Source: Candidatus Bathyarchaeota archaeon
Lineage (GTDB): Archaea; Thermoproteota; Bathyarchaeia; 40CM-2-53-6
Direction of reading: 5' to 3'
Assembly: GCA_963726255.1 (NCBI GenBank)
Contig: CAVSBL010000002.1
Coordinates: 480,001-544,000 of the forward strand
Length of the DNA: 64,000 nt
A model generated the notes under the pieces. The model saw only the letters and a list, made by a program, of their open reading frames with translations. It made no database searches and was not told the origin of the DNA. Below are positions 51,628-61,205 of this stretch, piece after piece. Position numbers and translations under genes: made by a program. Positions within the stretch are counted from its first letter, which is position 1. Each line of letters opens with the position of its first letter.

Positions 51628-51874
51628 AATCTCCCTCCGCTACCCTTCCGCACTTTTCGCGAAGAGCGTCATGAAAGGAATCTTGCCTGACAACAAATTA
51701 ACTGGTCGCCGAATGCAGATTTACGCCAGCGTGAGCGGAAAGACGTTGAGAGTGCGCGTAAGGCAATGCGAGCGAGTTGAGACGCTGCAGACAACCGTGC
51801 AAGACATTTTCCGGTGCATCCGTGCCGCTGAATCTTCTCTGATGAAACTCTCGGCTTCACGACAGCCTCTATGA
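51614..51874 (+). CDS. pcc1: KEOPS subunit Pcc1
   Basis: Small alpha/beta protein with LPDN, in its conserved position before rps3ae. Confidence 0.8.
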   Translation: MLEAEISLRYPSALFAKSVMKGILPDNKLTGRRMQIYASVSGKTLRVRVRQCERVETLQTTVQDIFRCIRAAESSLMKLSASRQPL

Positions 51875-51957
51875 AGCCTGCTGGAATTTTGCTCTGAACC
51901 ATTTAAATACCGCCCAACCGGTACGTTGCTGAATTCCGAAGTTAAGGTGGGATACCG

Positions 51958-52608
51958 TTGTCCAAAGCCACGAGAAAAGTCAGGGACAAGTGGAGGCTGA
52001 AGGAATGGTACGACATATACAGCCCGCCATATTTCGGCGAAAATATCGTGGCGAGCATACCATGCGAAGTTCCCTCCGCCATAATTGGACGGGTTGTGGA
52101 AACTACACTTTATGACATAACGAATGACTTCGCCCACCAATCAATCAAACTATACTTCTTGGTCGTTAACGCGCAAGAACACAGGGCAAGTACGATTCTC
52201 AAGTCACACGAATACGCGAGCGATTATTTGCGCAGCCTCGTCAGGCGGGGCAGCACCAGAATGGACGGCATCTTCACCGCAACAACAAGGGATCAGTACT
52301 CTTCCAGGCTTTCGATCGTGGCGTTCACCCGCGACAGGATCAAGGCGTCTCAGGAGCACGGGGTTCGCCAGGTAATGCGGCAGATTGTTGAAGATAAAGC
52401 AGCCAACCTGAACTACGACCAGCTATCACAAGAGTTCGTGCTAGGTAAGTTGGGGTCCGACATTTACAATCTCGCTAAGAAAATCGCACCCTTGAGGCAT
52501 GTGGGCGTCAGGAAATCTAGGCTTGTCTCGATTCCAGCAGGAGTGATTGCAACTCCAGCCCAGATCATGGAGCAGGCCAAAGCAGCACAGACCGCTGTCG
52601 CAGCCTAG
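51958..52608 (+). CDS. rps3ae: 30S ribosomal protein eS1 (S3ae)
   Basis: DKWRLKEWY..YSPPYF, GRVVETTLYD and DYLRSLVRRG. Confidence 0.96.
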   Translation: MSKATRKVRDKWRLKEWYDIYSPPYFGENIVASIPCEVPSAIIGRVVETTLYDITNDFAHQSIKLYFLVVNAQEHRASTILKSHEYASDYLRSLVRRGSTRMDGIFTATTRDQYSSRLSIVAFTRDRIKASQEHGVRQVMRQIVEDKAANLNYDQLSQEFVLGKLGSDIYNLAKKIAPLRHVGVRKSRLVSIPAGVIATPAQIMEQAKAAQTAVAA

Positions 52609-52883
52609 CGCGTCGTTCTCTTATACATGCGTTTAATCTCTTCATGTATCTCGTCGAGCTCGCGTTGCAGCTCATCCACTTTGACGCTATCGCTGGAATC
52701 GCCCGCGCCAGATGTGGAAAACATACTCTTCAGCTGGTCAGCTTTTTCCGTTGCAAGGCGTAACCGCTCCTGAACGTCGGCCATCCTCTCGAGCCCATGC
52801 AGGAAACCGGCCAACCCAGCCGTCAACGCGCCTGCAGCTACTCCCGCAAGGAAGGAAACAACATCAAAAACCATAATCTGCAC
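52605..52883 (-). CDS. membrane-anchored coiled-coil hypothetical protein
   Basis: N-terminal hydrophobic helix followed by heptad repeats. Confidence 0.6.
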   Translation of the reverse strand: MQIMVFDVVSFLAGVAAGALTAGLAGFLHGLERMADVQERLRLATEKADQLKSMFSTSGAGDSSDSVKVDELQRELDEIHEEIKRMYKRTTR

Positions 52884-52963
52884 ACGGCATTTACCCTATC
52901 TTTGCCATATATCTAATTTAAAGCGCTAAGGGCCAACGTTAACGAGTGGTTGGGTAGCGGAAC

Positions 52964-54244
52964 GTGAAGGCAGTTGTACTAGCTGCGGGAGAAGGAACTC
53001 GCATGTGGCCACTCGCGGCCACCAAGCCGAAACACCTACTTCCGGTTGCCGGAAAGCCGATCATCTCGTACCTTCTTCAAGCACTCGCTGATAATTCCGT
53101 GAGGGAAGTCATTGTTGTCGTCGGTTACATGGGGGAGCAGGTCGCATCTGCACTGGGCGACGGGGCCAGCTTCGGCCTCAACATCGAGTACATAAGCCAG
53201 CCACGTTGGACGGGAACAGCTTCCGCGATTAAGATCACCCATGCTGCTGTGGGAGATGACCCCTTCCTCGCAATATACGGGGACCTTTGGGTAAGCCCAT
53301 CAGCCATCCAAGCAGTCGTCGAGAAATCGCAAGAATCTTCCAAGGTCATGGGGGTCGTGCGCGTAGAGAACCCCGCCGAATTTGGGGTTGTTACGATTCA
53401 TGGGGAAAGGGTTGCTGCAATACGCGAGAAGCCTTCGAATTCACGCAGATCAGAGGGCTGGGTAAACTCAGGCATCTACCTCCTAGACCGGGAGGTTTTC
53501 GAAGCGATAGAGAAAACTACGAAGTCAAAGCGAGCAGAGTACGAACTGACCAGTTCCCTTCAACACTTGATCGACCAACGAAAAGAGGTGAGGAGCGCGG
53601 TCATCGCGCGGGAAGACTGGATGGATATCGGCAGGCCTTGGGATCTCCTCGAAGCCAACGAGAGAGCCCTCACAAACTTACCCCACCGTGTGAATGGAAT
53701 CGTTGAACAAGGGGCGGTGTTGAAAGGCCCTGTATGGCTCGAGGAAAGCGCCTCAATCAAATCCGGCAGCTACGTTGAGGGGCCGGTATACATAGGCAAA
53801 GAGAGCAGAGTCGGGCCCAACGCGAGAATCCGTCCCTCCACGAGCATTGGAGACAACGTTTTCGTGGGGGCATCCTGCGAAGTCAAGAACAGCATAATCA
53901 TGAACGGAACAAGGGTCCCACACCTCTCCTACTTAGGCGACAGCATAATCGGTGAAAACTGCAACATCGCTGCCGGAACAATAACGGCAAACATACGCTT
54001 GGACGAAAGAGTGATCAGCGTGGAGGTAAAGGGCCGAATGCAGAGCACGGGCAGGAAGAAGCTCGGCGTCATAATGGGTGATGCAGTTCAGACGGGAATA
54101 AACGCAAACATCATGCCGGGAATCAGAATCGGTTCAGGCGCGCACATCGGCCCTGGTACCGTCATCTTGGAAGATGTCAAGTCGGGGCAGGTCGTATTCG
54201 CGAGGCAATCACTCGTGAAAAAGCCTGCGGCGAAGCGAAGGTAA
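52964..54244 (+). CDS. glmU: bifunctional sugar-1-phosphate nucleotidylyltransferase/acetyltransferase (GlmU-like)
   Basis: LAAGEGTRM.P...PK, hexapeptide repeats, HLSYLGDS and RKKLG. Confidence 0.9.
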   Translation: MKAVVLAAGEGTRMWPLAATKPKHLLPVAGKPIISYLLQALADNSVREVIVVVGYMGEQVASALGDGASFGLNIEYISQPRWTGTASAIKITHAAVGDDPFLAIYGDLWVSPSAIQAVVEKSQESSKVMGVVRVENPAEFGVVTIHGERVAAIREKPSNSRRSEGWVNSGIYLLDREVFEAIEKTTKSKRAEYELTSSLQHLIDQRKEVRSAVIAREDWMDIGRPWDLLEANERALTNLPHRVNGIVEQGAVLKGPVWLEESASIKSGSYVEGPVYIGKESRVGPNARIRPSTSIGDNVFVGASCEVKNSIIMNGTRVPHLSYLGDSIIGENCNIAAGTITANIRLDERVISVEVKGRMQSTGRKKLGVIMGDAVQTGINANIMPGIRIGSGAHIGPGTVILEDVKSGQVVFARQSLVKKPAAKRR

Positions 54245-54254
54245 TTCTAGTGGG

Positions 54255-55466
54255 CTAGGCGTGTCTCTTCGTGCTTGTAATCGAGATGACGTCTCTATCT
54301 TTCAAAACATAGTCATCCGCCACTCGCATCTTCGACCTGATTTCAGTTGCGTAAAGGAATCCTTCCGCCAAGTCGGAATGAATCACCCCGGCGAATTGTT
54401 TCGCTGTCGTTCCGTATGGGACGAGGTATGCGTCGGGGAGAACCCTGCCCTTATGGTCAGTGAGTTTCTCGGGGTCTTCGACGGGATACACGGTCACCAT
54501 CTGGAGAAGTTTGAAGAAAGCTAAGTTCAACGCTTCCTGAACTCCCGTCGACCCCAACGGTATGAGGACCTGTTCCTTTATTCTCGTAAGGGCGTCAACC
54601 TGTTCGGTTGAGAGCTTACTCTTGTCGCTTATTCCGAAATTCCCGTCACCTGGAACATAGGAGACAATTCCCTTCTCAGCAGCTCTTCTCAGGGCGAGTT
54701 CAGCTTCGGCACAGCAGGGAACCACCATGTAGCCCATTGCTCTCAACGCTTCCAAGTTCTTCTCAGCGGGTGGGACATCCATTTTGTTGGCGGCGATCAG
54801 CAGGGGTTTCGAAGCCTTACGAAGTTCCGTAATTAGGCCAAGTAGGTTCTCGTCGGACCAGGCGCTGGGTTTCTCAAAATTAAGTTTGGTCTTAGCCTTG
54901 GCTGAGAACAGGTGCTCCTTGCGGATCCCGAGCCCACTCAGCTTGTCTTCTAATATTGGAAGAAGGTCACCTTTGGCCCCTTCGACTTGCCTCACGGCTC
55001 GGTCCCATTCTTTCTTGACAATCTGGAGAAGCCACATGTCCAGTTCATGTTCTAGAAAACGCACATCTTCCTTCGGGTCGTGGGTCCCCGGGTCGCACGG
55101 TTTTCCTTCAGAATCGGTTCCGCCAGAAGCGTCCACAATATGGATGAGTGCATCCGCCTGACGAATTTCGTCGAGAAACTGGTTTCCTAGGCCTCGGCCT
55201 TGCCAGGCACCTGGAACTAGTCCGGCGCAGTCAACGAGTTCAACTGGCACTAGGCGTATCGAGTTGACACACGTGGAGTTGCCGGGCGAGTCGGTAACAT
55301 TGAACTCAGGGTGCACACAGGGCGTCCTGACGTATCCCATCCCAATGTTGGGCTTTATCGTTGTGAAAGGATAGTTAGCGATCGGGACATGTGCTAGCGT
55401 AGCCGCATTGAAGAATGTGCTTTTTCCAACGTTCGGTTTTCCAACGACACCGACGATGCGAGGCAA
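54255..55466 (-). CDS. ychF: YchF/Ola1-family P-loop ATPase
   Basis: GKPNVGKST, NYPFTT, GLGNQFL, NKMD and a TGS domain. Confidence 0.95.
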   Translation of the reverse strand: MPRIVGVVGKPNVGKSTFFNAATLAHVPIANYPFTTIKPNIGMGYVRTPCVHPEFNVTDSPGNSTCVNSIRLVPVELVDCAGLVPGAWQGRGLGNQFLDEIRQADALIHIVDASGGTDSEGKPCDPGTHDPKEDVRFLEHELDMWLLQIVKKEWDRAVRQVEGAKGDLLPILEDKLSGLGIRKEHLFSAKAKTKLNFEKPSAWSDENLLGLITELRKASKPLLIAANKMDVPPAEKNLEALRAMGYMVVPCCAEAELALRRAAEKGIVSYVPGDGNFGISDKSKLSTEQVDALTRIKEQVLIPLGSTGVQEALNLAFFKLLQMVTVYPVEDPEKLTDHKGRVLPDAYLVPYGTTAKQFAGVIHSDLAEGFLYATEIRSKMRVADDYVLKDRDVISITSTKRHA

Positions 55467-55490
55467 ATGCGAATTTCCTACGGCGGGGTC

Positions 55491-56177
55491 CTAGCTATCC
55501 GAGGGGAGGCCTGTAATCCGGATCCCTGCGCCTTTAACTTTATAACGCATATTTATGCCGATGAGAAGTGCTGTGATCTGTTCCACTATTCTCGAATTCT
55601 CCAAGCGACCCCCATCAATTGCCTTAACGCCGGGTATCTTTCTAGCAAGATCCATGACGGCATTTCTAACCTCGAGGGAATCGCCGCAGACTATCACATC
55701 CGAATCAATATCCCTGCTAATGTCTTGAAGTGACTCCGCGACCACGTTGTGGAATGCGGACGCGACCTTAGTGTGCGGCGGAAGAAGCCTAACCGCCTGT
55801 TGCGCGGCTGAACCTTCCCACACTCCGAGCGCTGTAGACGCGCCCCCTCCTACGGCTGTGGAGAGGGGAACCACGACGTCCACGAATACGTCGTCTGGTT
55901 TGATGCTATCATGAACCGACTTAATCATATCCACATGGGCTGCGAAGGGGACCGACATGACGATTATGTCCGCTGCGGCTGCAGCCTTCGGATTTTCCAT
56001 GCCTGAAACTGGGGGGTTGCCTCCGAGGATATCTCGAGCCTTCTTGGCGGCGTCCTCGGCTTTTTGCTGCTGCCTGGACCCTATGATGATTGTCTCCCCT
56101 GCCTTAGCCCAACGGAGAACCAATCCAAAACCTTGATCGCCTGTTCCACCGATCACCGCTATGGTTCGATTAGGCAT
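55491..56177 (-). CDS. npdG: F420H2:NADP+ oxidoreductase
   Basis: IGGTGDQGFGL..R.A, GSR, SAFHNV and E.ITALLI.IN.RY. Confidence 0.92.
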   Translation of the reverse strand: MPNRTIAVIGGTGDQGFGLVLRWAKAGETIIIGSRQQQKAEDAAKKARDILGGNPPVSGMENPKAAAAADIIVMSVPFAAHVDMIKSVHDSIKPDDVFVDVVVPLSTAVGGGASTALGVWEGSAAQQAVRLLPPHTKVASAFHNVVAESLQDISRDIDSDVIVCGDSLEVRNAVMDLARKIPGVKAIDGGRLENSRIVEQITALLIGINMRYKVKGAGIRITGLPSDS

Positions 56178-56265
56178 AGTCTAAGACACCGTGAAATTCT
56201 TGCCAGTAGAATACGGGATTAAAGGCTAGCCCTCCAAGTCCAGAACTGGAACGTTCTACCGCCAC

Positions 56266-57599
56266 TCAGGTTGGAAACTCTTGGATGAACCCGCCCCTCA
56301 TCATATACCGCGTCTGCTCGCGCGCACGCTTAATGATCGACCTAGCGCTCGTATACAATTCGTCATGCGTCCGCTTCAATCTCGCAACACCTTGCTCAAT
56401 CGCCTTCTCAGCAACTGCTGTGGCTTCACGGGAAAGACTTCCCAATCATCCATCGTAGGAATAATGTTCTTCGCCGATAGGCCACGCTCTTCCGCGACTT
56501 TTGCCAGTTCGAACGCCGCTGCCAGGCACATTTCATCGCTGATCGTCTTTGCCCGAATGTCGATGGTCCCTCGGAATATTCCGGGGAAGCCAAGTGAATT
56601 GTTGAGTTGGTTGGGAAAATCGGAACGCCCAGTTGCGATAACTGCTGCACCTCCTTCTTCCGCTTCCCAAGGCCAAATTTCCGGAATCGGGTTGGCGCAA
56701 GCGAAGACGATGGCATCGTCACTCATTTTGGAAACCTGCTCCTTTGTCAAAACTCCTGGACCTGGGGTGGAGAGCGCGATACAGGCATCCGTTCCAGCCA
56801 TGGCGACCTCGATGCCTCCCTCCCTTTCCTCCGCGTTAGTGGTTTGGGCGAGTTTCCATTTCTTTGGCGAGGCGTGTTCGAGGTCTTTTCTGCTGTGGTG
56901 AAGTATGCCTTTACTATCGACGAGTATGAGGTTGCCTGGTTTCGCTCCAGCCGAGACCAAAAGACGAGCGAGCGTGACGTTTGCGGCACCTGCCCCTATC
57001 ATTGACACTTTGACTTCGGGCAGTTTCTTTCCAACAACTTTGATGGCGTTGACGAAGCCCGCGAGAACGACGGTGGCGGTTCCCTGTTGGTCGTCATGCC
57101 ACACGGGGATGTCGAGCTGTCCTTGAAGAGCTTCGAGCACTTCGAAACATTTGGGTTGAGCGATGTCTTCCAAGTTAATCCCTCCAAACGAGGGTTGAAT
57201 CCATTTCACAGCCGCAACTATTTCTTCAGCCTTCTTGGTTCCGAGACAGATAGGGAAAGCATCAATGCCGCCAAGATACTTGTACAGCAAGGCTTTCCCC
57301 TCCATGACGGGGAGCCCCGCTTCTGGCCCGATGTCACCGAGGCCGAGGATCCTAGACCCATCGGTCACTATGGCTATGGTATTCCACTTGTTTGTGTTCT
57401 CGTAGACTGCCTCAGGCCTAGCCTTTATTGTCTCACAAGCTTCGGCAACGCCGGGCGTGTACCAAATCGCGAAGTCGTCAAATGAGCGAATGGGGCACTT
57501 TGGAACAATCTCAATTTTCCCGCGGTAAAACGGATGGTACTTCAGTGCGAGTTGTGCGGGTAGGTATGCTTTCCTCAATGATTCGTCGGTTGATTTCAT
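56266..57599 (-). CDS. NAD(P)-dependent malic enzyme (1-nt frameshift near 56431)
   Basis: YTPGVA, GLGDIG, EGKA, INLEDI, HDDQQGT and ATGRSDFPNQ. Adding one C restores FPREATAVAEKAIEQGVAR through to the stop at 56266. Confidence 0.92.
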
Positions 57600-57727
57600 T
57601 CCTCAACTTTCCTTCCTAGGTTGCAAGTCACTTAAATAGCAGCGCGGCTCTCAAACTGCCGGAAGCTCAGAGAAAAACGCCATTTGTCTTAAAGTTTCAC
57701 AATAATTGGTTGCGGTCGAGATATCCC

Positions 57728-58159
57728 ATGGGCACGTACAAGTATTTGATTCAGACGTGGAATCAGCGAGAGAAAACGGACCTCCAACAGTATCTCCGGC
57801 AAGTCGCCATAAAATGGAGAAGGGAACCAACTGTTCACAGGGTTCAGCATCCTACAAGGCCAGACCGGGCAAGGGCTCTTGGCTACAAGGCTAAGCAGGG
57901 GTACGTGGTCGTTCGCGTTCGCATAAGGAAAGGGGGAGCCCGCAAACCGCGCCCTAGGGCAGGTCGGAGGCAGAAGGCCCTCGGCGTGACGAGGTACACA
58001 CGAGCTATGAGCTTGAAGAATATTGCAGAGCAGAAAGCAAAGAAGAAGTTCCCAAACCTTCGAGTCCTAAACTCGTACTACGTTTGGGAAGACGGGATGC
58101 ACCACTGGTTTGAAACGATATTGCGTGACCCAGACAACCCCTCCTCCGCAATTGCGTAG
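57728..58159 (+). CDS. rpl15e: 50S ribosomal protein eL15 (short form)
   Basis: WRREP, PTRPDRAR.LGYKAKQG and LNSY.V.EDG...WFE.IL.DP. Confidence 0.95.
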   Translation: MGTYKYLIQTWNQREKTDLQQYLRQVAIKWRREPTVHRVQHPTRPDRARALGYKAKQGYVVVRVRIRKGGARKPRPRAGRRQKALGVTRYTRAMSLKNIAEQKAKKKFPNLRVLNSYYVWEDGMHHWFETILRDPDNPSSAIA

Positions 58160-58200
58160 GATCAGCGTCGAAACGCTAATGGTCTCTACGTTCGAGACTA

Positions 58201-59037
58201 ATGCTCACTCTTCCGCCTTTGTCTGAGGCGGTTACATTGGATAAGCCTTTAGTTGTCATAAAGCTAGGGGGCTCCGCCCTCACCGATAAGAGAAGAATCT
58301 ACACCCCGCGAATCCCCGCAATCCATAGGGCCGCCAAACAAATTGCAGGAATTCGAGAACATTGCTCAGTTGTCTTAGTACACGGGGCGGGAAGCTACGG
58401 CCACATTCCAGTTAGAAAATACGGACTCCAAAGCGGCCTGAGAAGTCCCAAGCAACTCAAAGGACTGAGTTTGACAAAGTTCAACCTGTTGGAGTGGGAA
58501 CGCCTACTCAACGAAATTTTCCTAGAGCATAAAGTTCCCGTCATCCCGTTTCTTACGTCCGATTTCGTCATCATGAAGAAAGGAAGAATCGTTTCAGCGG
58601 AACTAAAGCCGTTAACGAACTGGTTACGTTTAGGCTGCGTTCCAATTACAGGCGGCGACATAGTGCCGGACCTTAGCGATGGCTTCTCAGTACTCTCTGG
58701 TGACCAGATCGCTGCATTCATCGCAGTAAGGCTCAAGGCGAAGAGGTTAGTGTACGCCGTTGACGTTGACGGAGTATTCAACTTCGACCCGAACCGTAAC
58801 TCAAAGGCTCAGCTTATCAACTCCCTTACTCCGACTTCGGCCGCTCGCCTAGTTTCAAAAGTGACTTCGGGAACCACGCCGGACGTGACTGGGGGAATGG
58901 CGGGAAAAATAAGAGAATCTCTGGCAGCAGTACGGCATCGCATACCTGTTTACTTTGTGAACTTGACCAAGGATGATAGGCTTCGCAAGGCTGCGTTAGG
59001 ACAAAATGTAGTGGGTTCTAGGCTCATAACGGGCTGA
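58201..59037 (+). CDS. ipk: isopentenyl phosphate kinase
   Basis: IKLGGSALTDK, HGAGSYGH, SGDQ and DVTGGM.GK. Confidence 0.9.
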   Translation: MLTLPPLSEAVTLDKPLVVIKLGGSALTDKRRIYTPRIPAIHRAAKQIAGIREHCSVVLVHGAGSYGHIPVRKYGLQSGLRSPKQLKGLSLTKFNLLEWERLLNEIFLEHKVPVIPFLTSDFVIMKKGRIVSAELKPLTNWLRLGCVPITGGDIVPDLSDGFSVLSGDQIAAFIAVRLKAKRLVYAVDVDGVFNFDPNRNSKAQLINSLTPTSAARLVSKVTSGTTPDVTGGMAGKIRESLAAVRHRIPVYFVNLTKDDRLRKAALGQNVVGSRLITG

Positions 59038-59040
59038 CGA

Positions 59041-59403
59041 CTAGAGCAATGGAAGTTCGCCCGTTATCTTATCAACACGCTCTGCGGGTGCCGGACCGAT
59101 ACCTACGCACGTGGGAGTGCCTGGCTCTACTTGAGTGAGGCCGCTATCGTGGATTATCGCAGAAGCCAAACCTAATTCCTCTGCACTCCTCTTAAGTTCG
59201 AGCAGGTCGCTTTCAGAATTCACCTTGACTACAACCTTCGCCTGCCCCTCGTGGAACCATTCCCTCCACCAGTCCGGATGTTGCCTGCGCGTCTCCTCAG
59301 CAACCGTGATGGCCGCGTGGCCAACCTGTACAGCAATCTTACCCTTCCCCATATCCAAGTCGCGTCTGACCGCAACCACCAGTTTATACTTGAAATCTGA
59401 CGT
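59041..59403 (-). CDS. pth2: peptidyl-tRNA hydrolase Pth2
   Basis: R.DL.MGKGKIAVQVGHA, GQ.KVV.K, DSGLTQ and GIGP. The frame extends to SDFKYKL with no ATG/GTG/TTG. Confidence 0.93.
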   Translation of the reverse strand, partial: TSDFKYKLVVAVRRDLDMGKGKIAVQVGHAAITVAEETRRQHPDWWREWFHEGQAKVVVKVNSESDLLELKRSAEELGLASAIIHDSGLTQVEPGTPTCVGIGPAPAERVDKITGELPLL

Positions 59404-59430
59404 AGCCGGAGCCCCGCCTTTTATTCAACC

Positions 59431-59913
59431 ATGTGGCAAATAAGTGCGAACAAGAGTCCGGTGTTCAAGTTGAATACACATGCCGTCCAGTCCGTTGAGA
59501 TCAGCGCAATCGCCCACGCGACGGACGATCTCGAGAAGGTTCAGGCCGCGCTTACAAAAATTCTGCCTGAATCCTTGAAGGGGCGGCAACTCTTCACGAG
59601 AAGGTACCTGGAAGGGCACTACAGGAACCCTATCACCACTTTTGAGGCAAGGCTTACAAAGCCTGCAGAGGTTGAAGAATTCACAACCAGCTTCTTTCGT
59701 CATCTGACAAAGAGCGAGAAACTGCGGATCGAGAGAGACCTCGCTCTCCACTCGGACATGGAAGGCAACCTTTACGTCAGAATTGATAAGCAAAAGGCGT
59801 TCGGTGGAGTCGTCGAGCTCGGGGAAGAGGATCCAATTCGTGTCCGGTTCAAGTTCAATCGCCTAAGCGGCGAAGCCACGGAACTCATGAAGACAATCTT
59901 GGGAGCTGAGTAG
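59431..59913 (+). CDS. DUF54 exosome/RNase P-linked RNA-binding protein
   Basis: AHATDD.EKV, GHY.NPI and YVRIDKQ. The likely start is TTG 59470. Confidence 0.88.
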   Translation: MWQISANKSPVFKLNTHAVQSVEISAIAHATDDLEKVQAALTKILPESLKGRQLFTRRYLEGHYRNPITTFEARLTKPAEVEEFTTSFFRHLTKSEKLRIERDLALHSDMEGNLYVRIDKQKAFGGVVELGEEDPIRVRFKFNRLSGEATELMKTILGAE

Positions 59914-59914
59914 T

Positions 59915-60625
59915 CTGGCGAAGTACGCAGACCTGCACGTAATTCCACGAGTTGAGGACGAAAGGTCATGTAGGCGAATGGCTGAGCTGATAAGAATCGC
60001 TGGTTACTCTGCTGTAGGATTAACGGTTCCGACCGGCTTGCTGCGTGAGAGGATTACCCTACTAAGGAATGTCTTCAGTGAGACTGGACTTGAGACTGCG
60101 CTCCGAATAGACTTGACTTCAACTTCGAGAATGGAACTGCTTCGGTTGCTGCGACGGTTCAGGAATTCATACGATGTCGTCGCGGTGAAGTGCGTTAACT
60201 CTCGCGTTGCAACCGTCGCTTGCAGGGATAGACGAGTCGACGTCATTTACTTTGACCATACGAACAGAGCTGTCAGATTCACCCATCCACTCGCCAACCT
60301 TCTTCGAGGGGCCATCGAATTCAACCTAGTCTCCACGCTCCTCAAGGAATCGAGAGGTGAAGTGCTCTCTGCAATCATGAAACAGTGTGCAATTGCTCGA
60401 GAGCACAAGGTCAGCGTAGCCCTATCGAGTGGATGTAACCATCCAGAGCTAGTTAGGAGCCCGCTTCAAATCTGTGCCCTCGCCTCCGCGATGGGTCTAT
60501 CCGAAATGCAGGCCCTTGCTGGCGTATCCTCAACACCCCTCTCGATCATCAAACGCAACTTAGCCCATCGTTCACCGCAATTCGTAGAAGAAGGAGTGCG
60601 TGTCGTCTTACCCAAGGTGCATTAA
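59915..60625 (+). CDS. rnp3: RNase P protein Rpp30
   Basis: PHP-like fold with YADLHV at the N-terminus (CTG start at 59915) and SSG...LVRSP, in exosome superoperon context. Confidence 0.85.
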   Translation: MAKYADLHVIPRVEDERSCRRMAELIRIAGYSAVGLTVPTGLLRERITLLRNVFSETGLETALRIDLTSTSRMELLRLLRRFRNSYDVVAVKCVNSRVATVACRDRRVDVIYFDHTNRAVRFTHPLANLLRGAIEFNLVSTLLKESRGEVLSAIMKQCAIAREHKVSVALSSGCNHPELVRSPLQICALASAMGLSEMQALAGVSSTPLSIIKRNLAHRSPQFVEEGVRVVLPKVH

Positions 60626-60630
60626 CGATA

Positions 60631-60939
60631 ATGGCAAAGCGTTACATCCTAGTCAAAGTTGTTTCGGACCAACCTGTATCACGGGACCAGTTTGGAAGTG
60701 CTGTTATCGATTCAGTTCGGAGGAACTTCGGCGAGATTGGCCTGTGCAGAATTGACCCTAAGGTTGTACGTTTTGACGGAGTAGGATCACGCGCTATTGT
60801 GGCCTGCAGAGCCGGCGCGGCAGGCGAGCTTCAAGCCGCGGTTACCCTGATTTCCGAAGCCGCTGGAACCCGTATCACGCCCTTGGTTGTTGGCGTTTCT
60901 GGAACGATAAAGGCTCTTGGAAAAAGAAGGCCAAGGTAA
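60631..60939 (+). CDS. rnp2: RNase P protein Pop5/Rpp14
   Basis: KRYI, FGEIG and GVSGTIK. Confidence 0.9.
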   Translation: MAKRYILVKVVSDQPVSRDQFGSAVIDSVRRNFGEIGLCRIDPKVVRFDGVGSRAIVACRAGAAGELQAAVTLISEAAGTRITPLVVGVSGTIKALGKRRPR

Positions 60940-60970
60940 CTTTTTCTTTCGGGCAACATGCTTTGAGTCC

Positions 60971-61042
60971 GGGGATGAAGAAGCCAGTCCCAGTCAGATC
61001 TTTTTGCTGAAGATATGACGACCTCAGCGACGGGCGGACCCC
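60971..61042 (+). ncRNA. box C/D sRNA candidate
   Basis: GGGG/CCCC terminal stem, C box ATGAAGA, D' CTGA, C' ATGACGA and D CGGA. AGCGACGGGCGG is complementary to 16S rRNA CCGCCCGUCGCU. Confidence 0.6.
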
Positions 61043-61205
61043 ACATGAAACGATGCGCGCAAACGATTGCAGCCTATGCGTTTGCCGTTCCGTGACTTAG
61101 TGATTGGTCATCCAGTCACAGATTTAGTAGTCAGTGTGCTGTACCTCAAGGGTTTTATTGCAGAAACTTACTGAAAGGGCCAAATTTCGCTTTAGGTGAA
61201 TTGAT

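Noticed and set aside
56376-56435. Altered malic enzyme C-terminus
   Set aside because: Adding one C in the CCC run restores FPREATAVA. Probable sequencing error.
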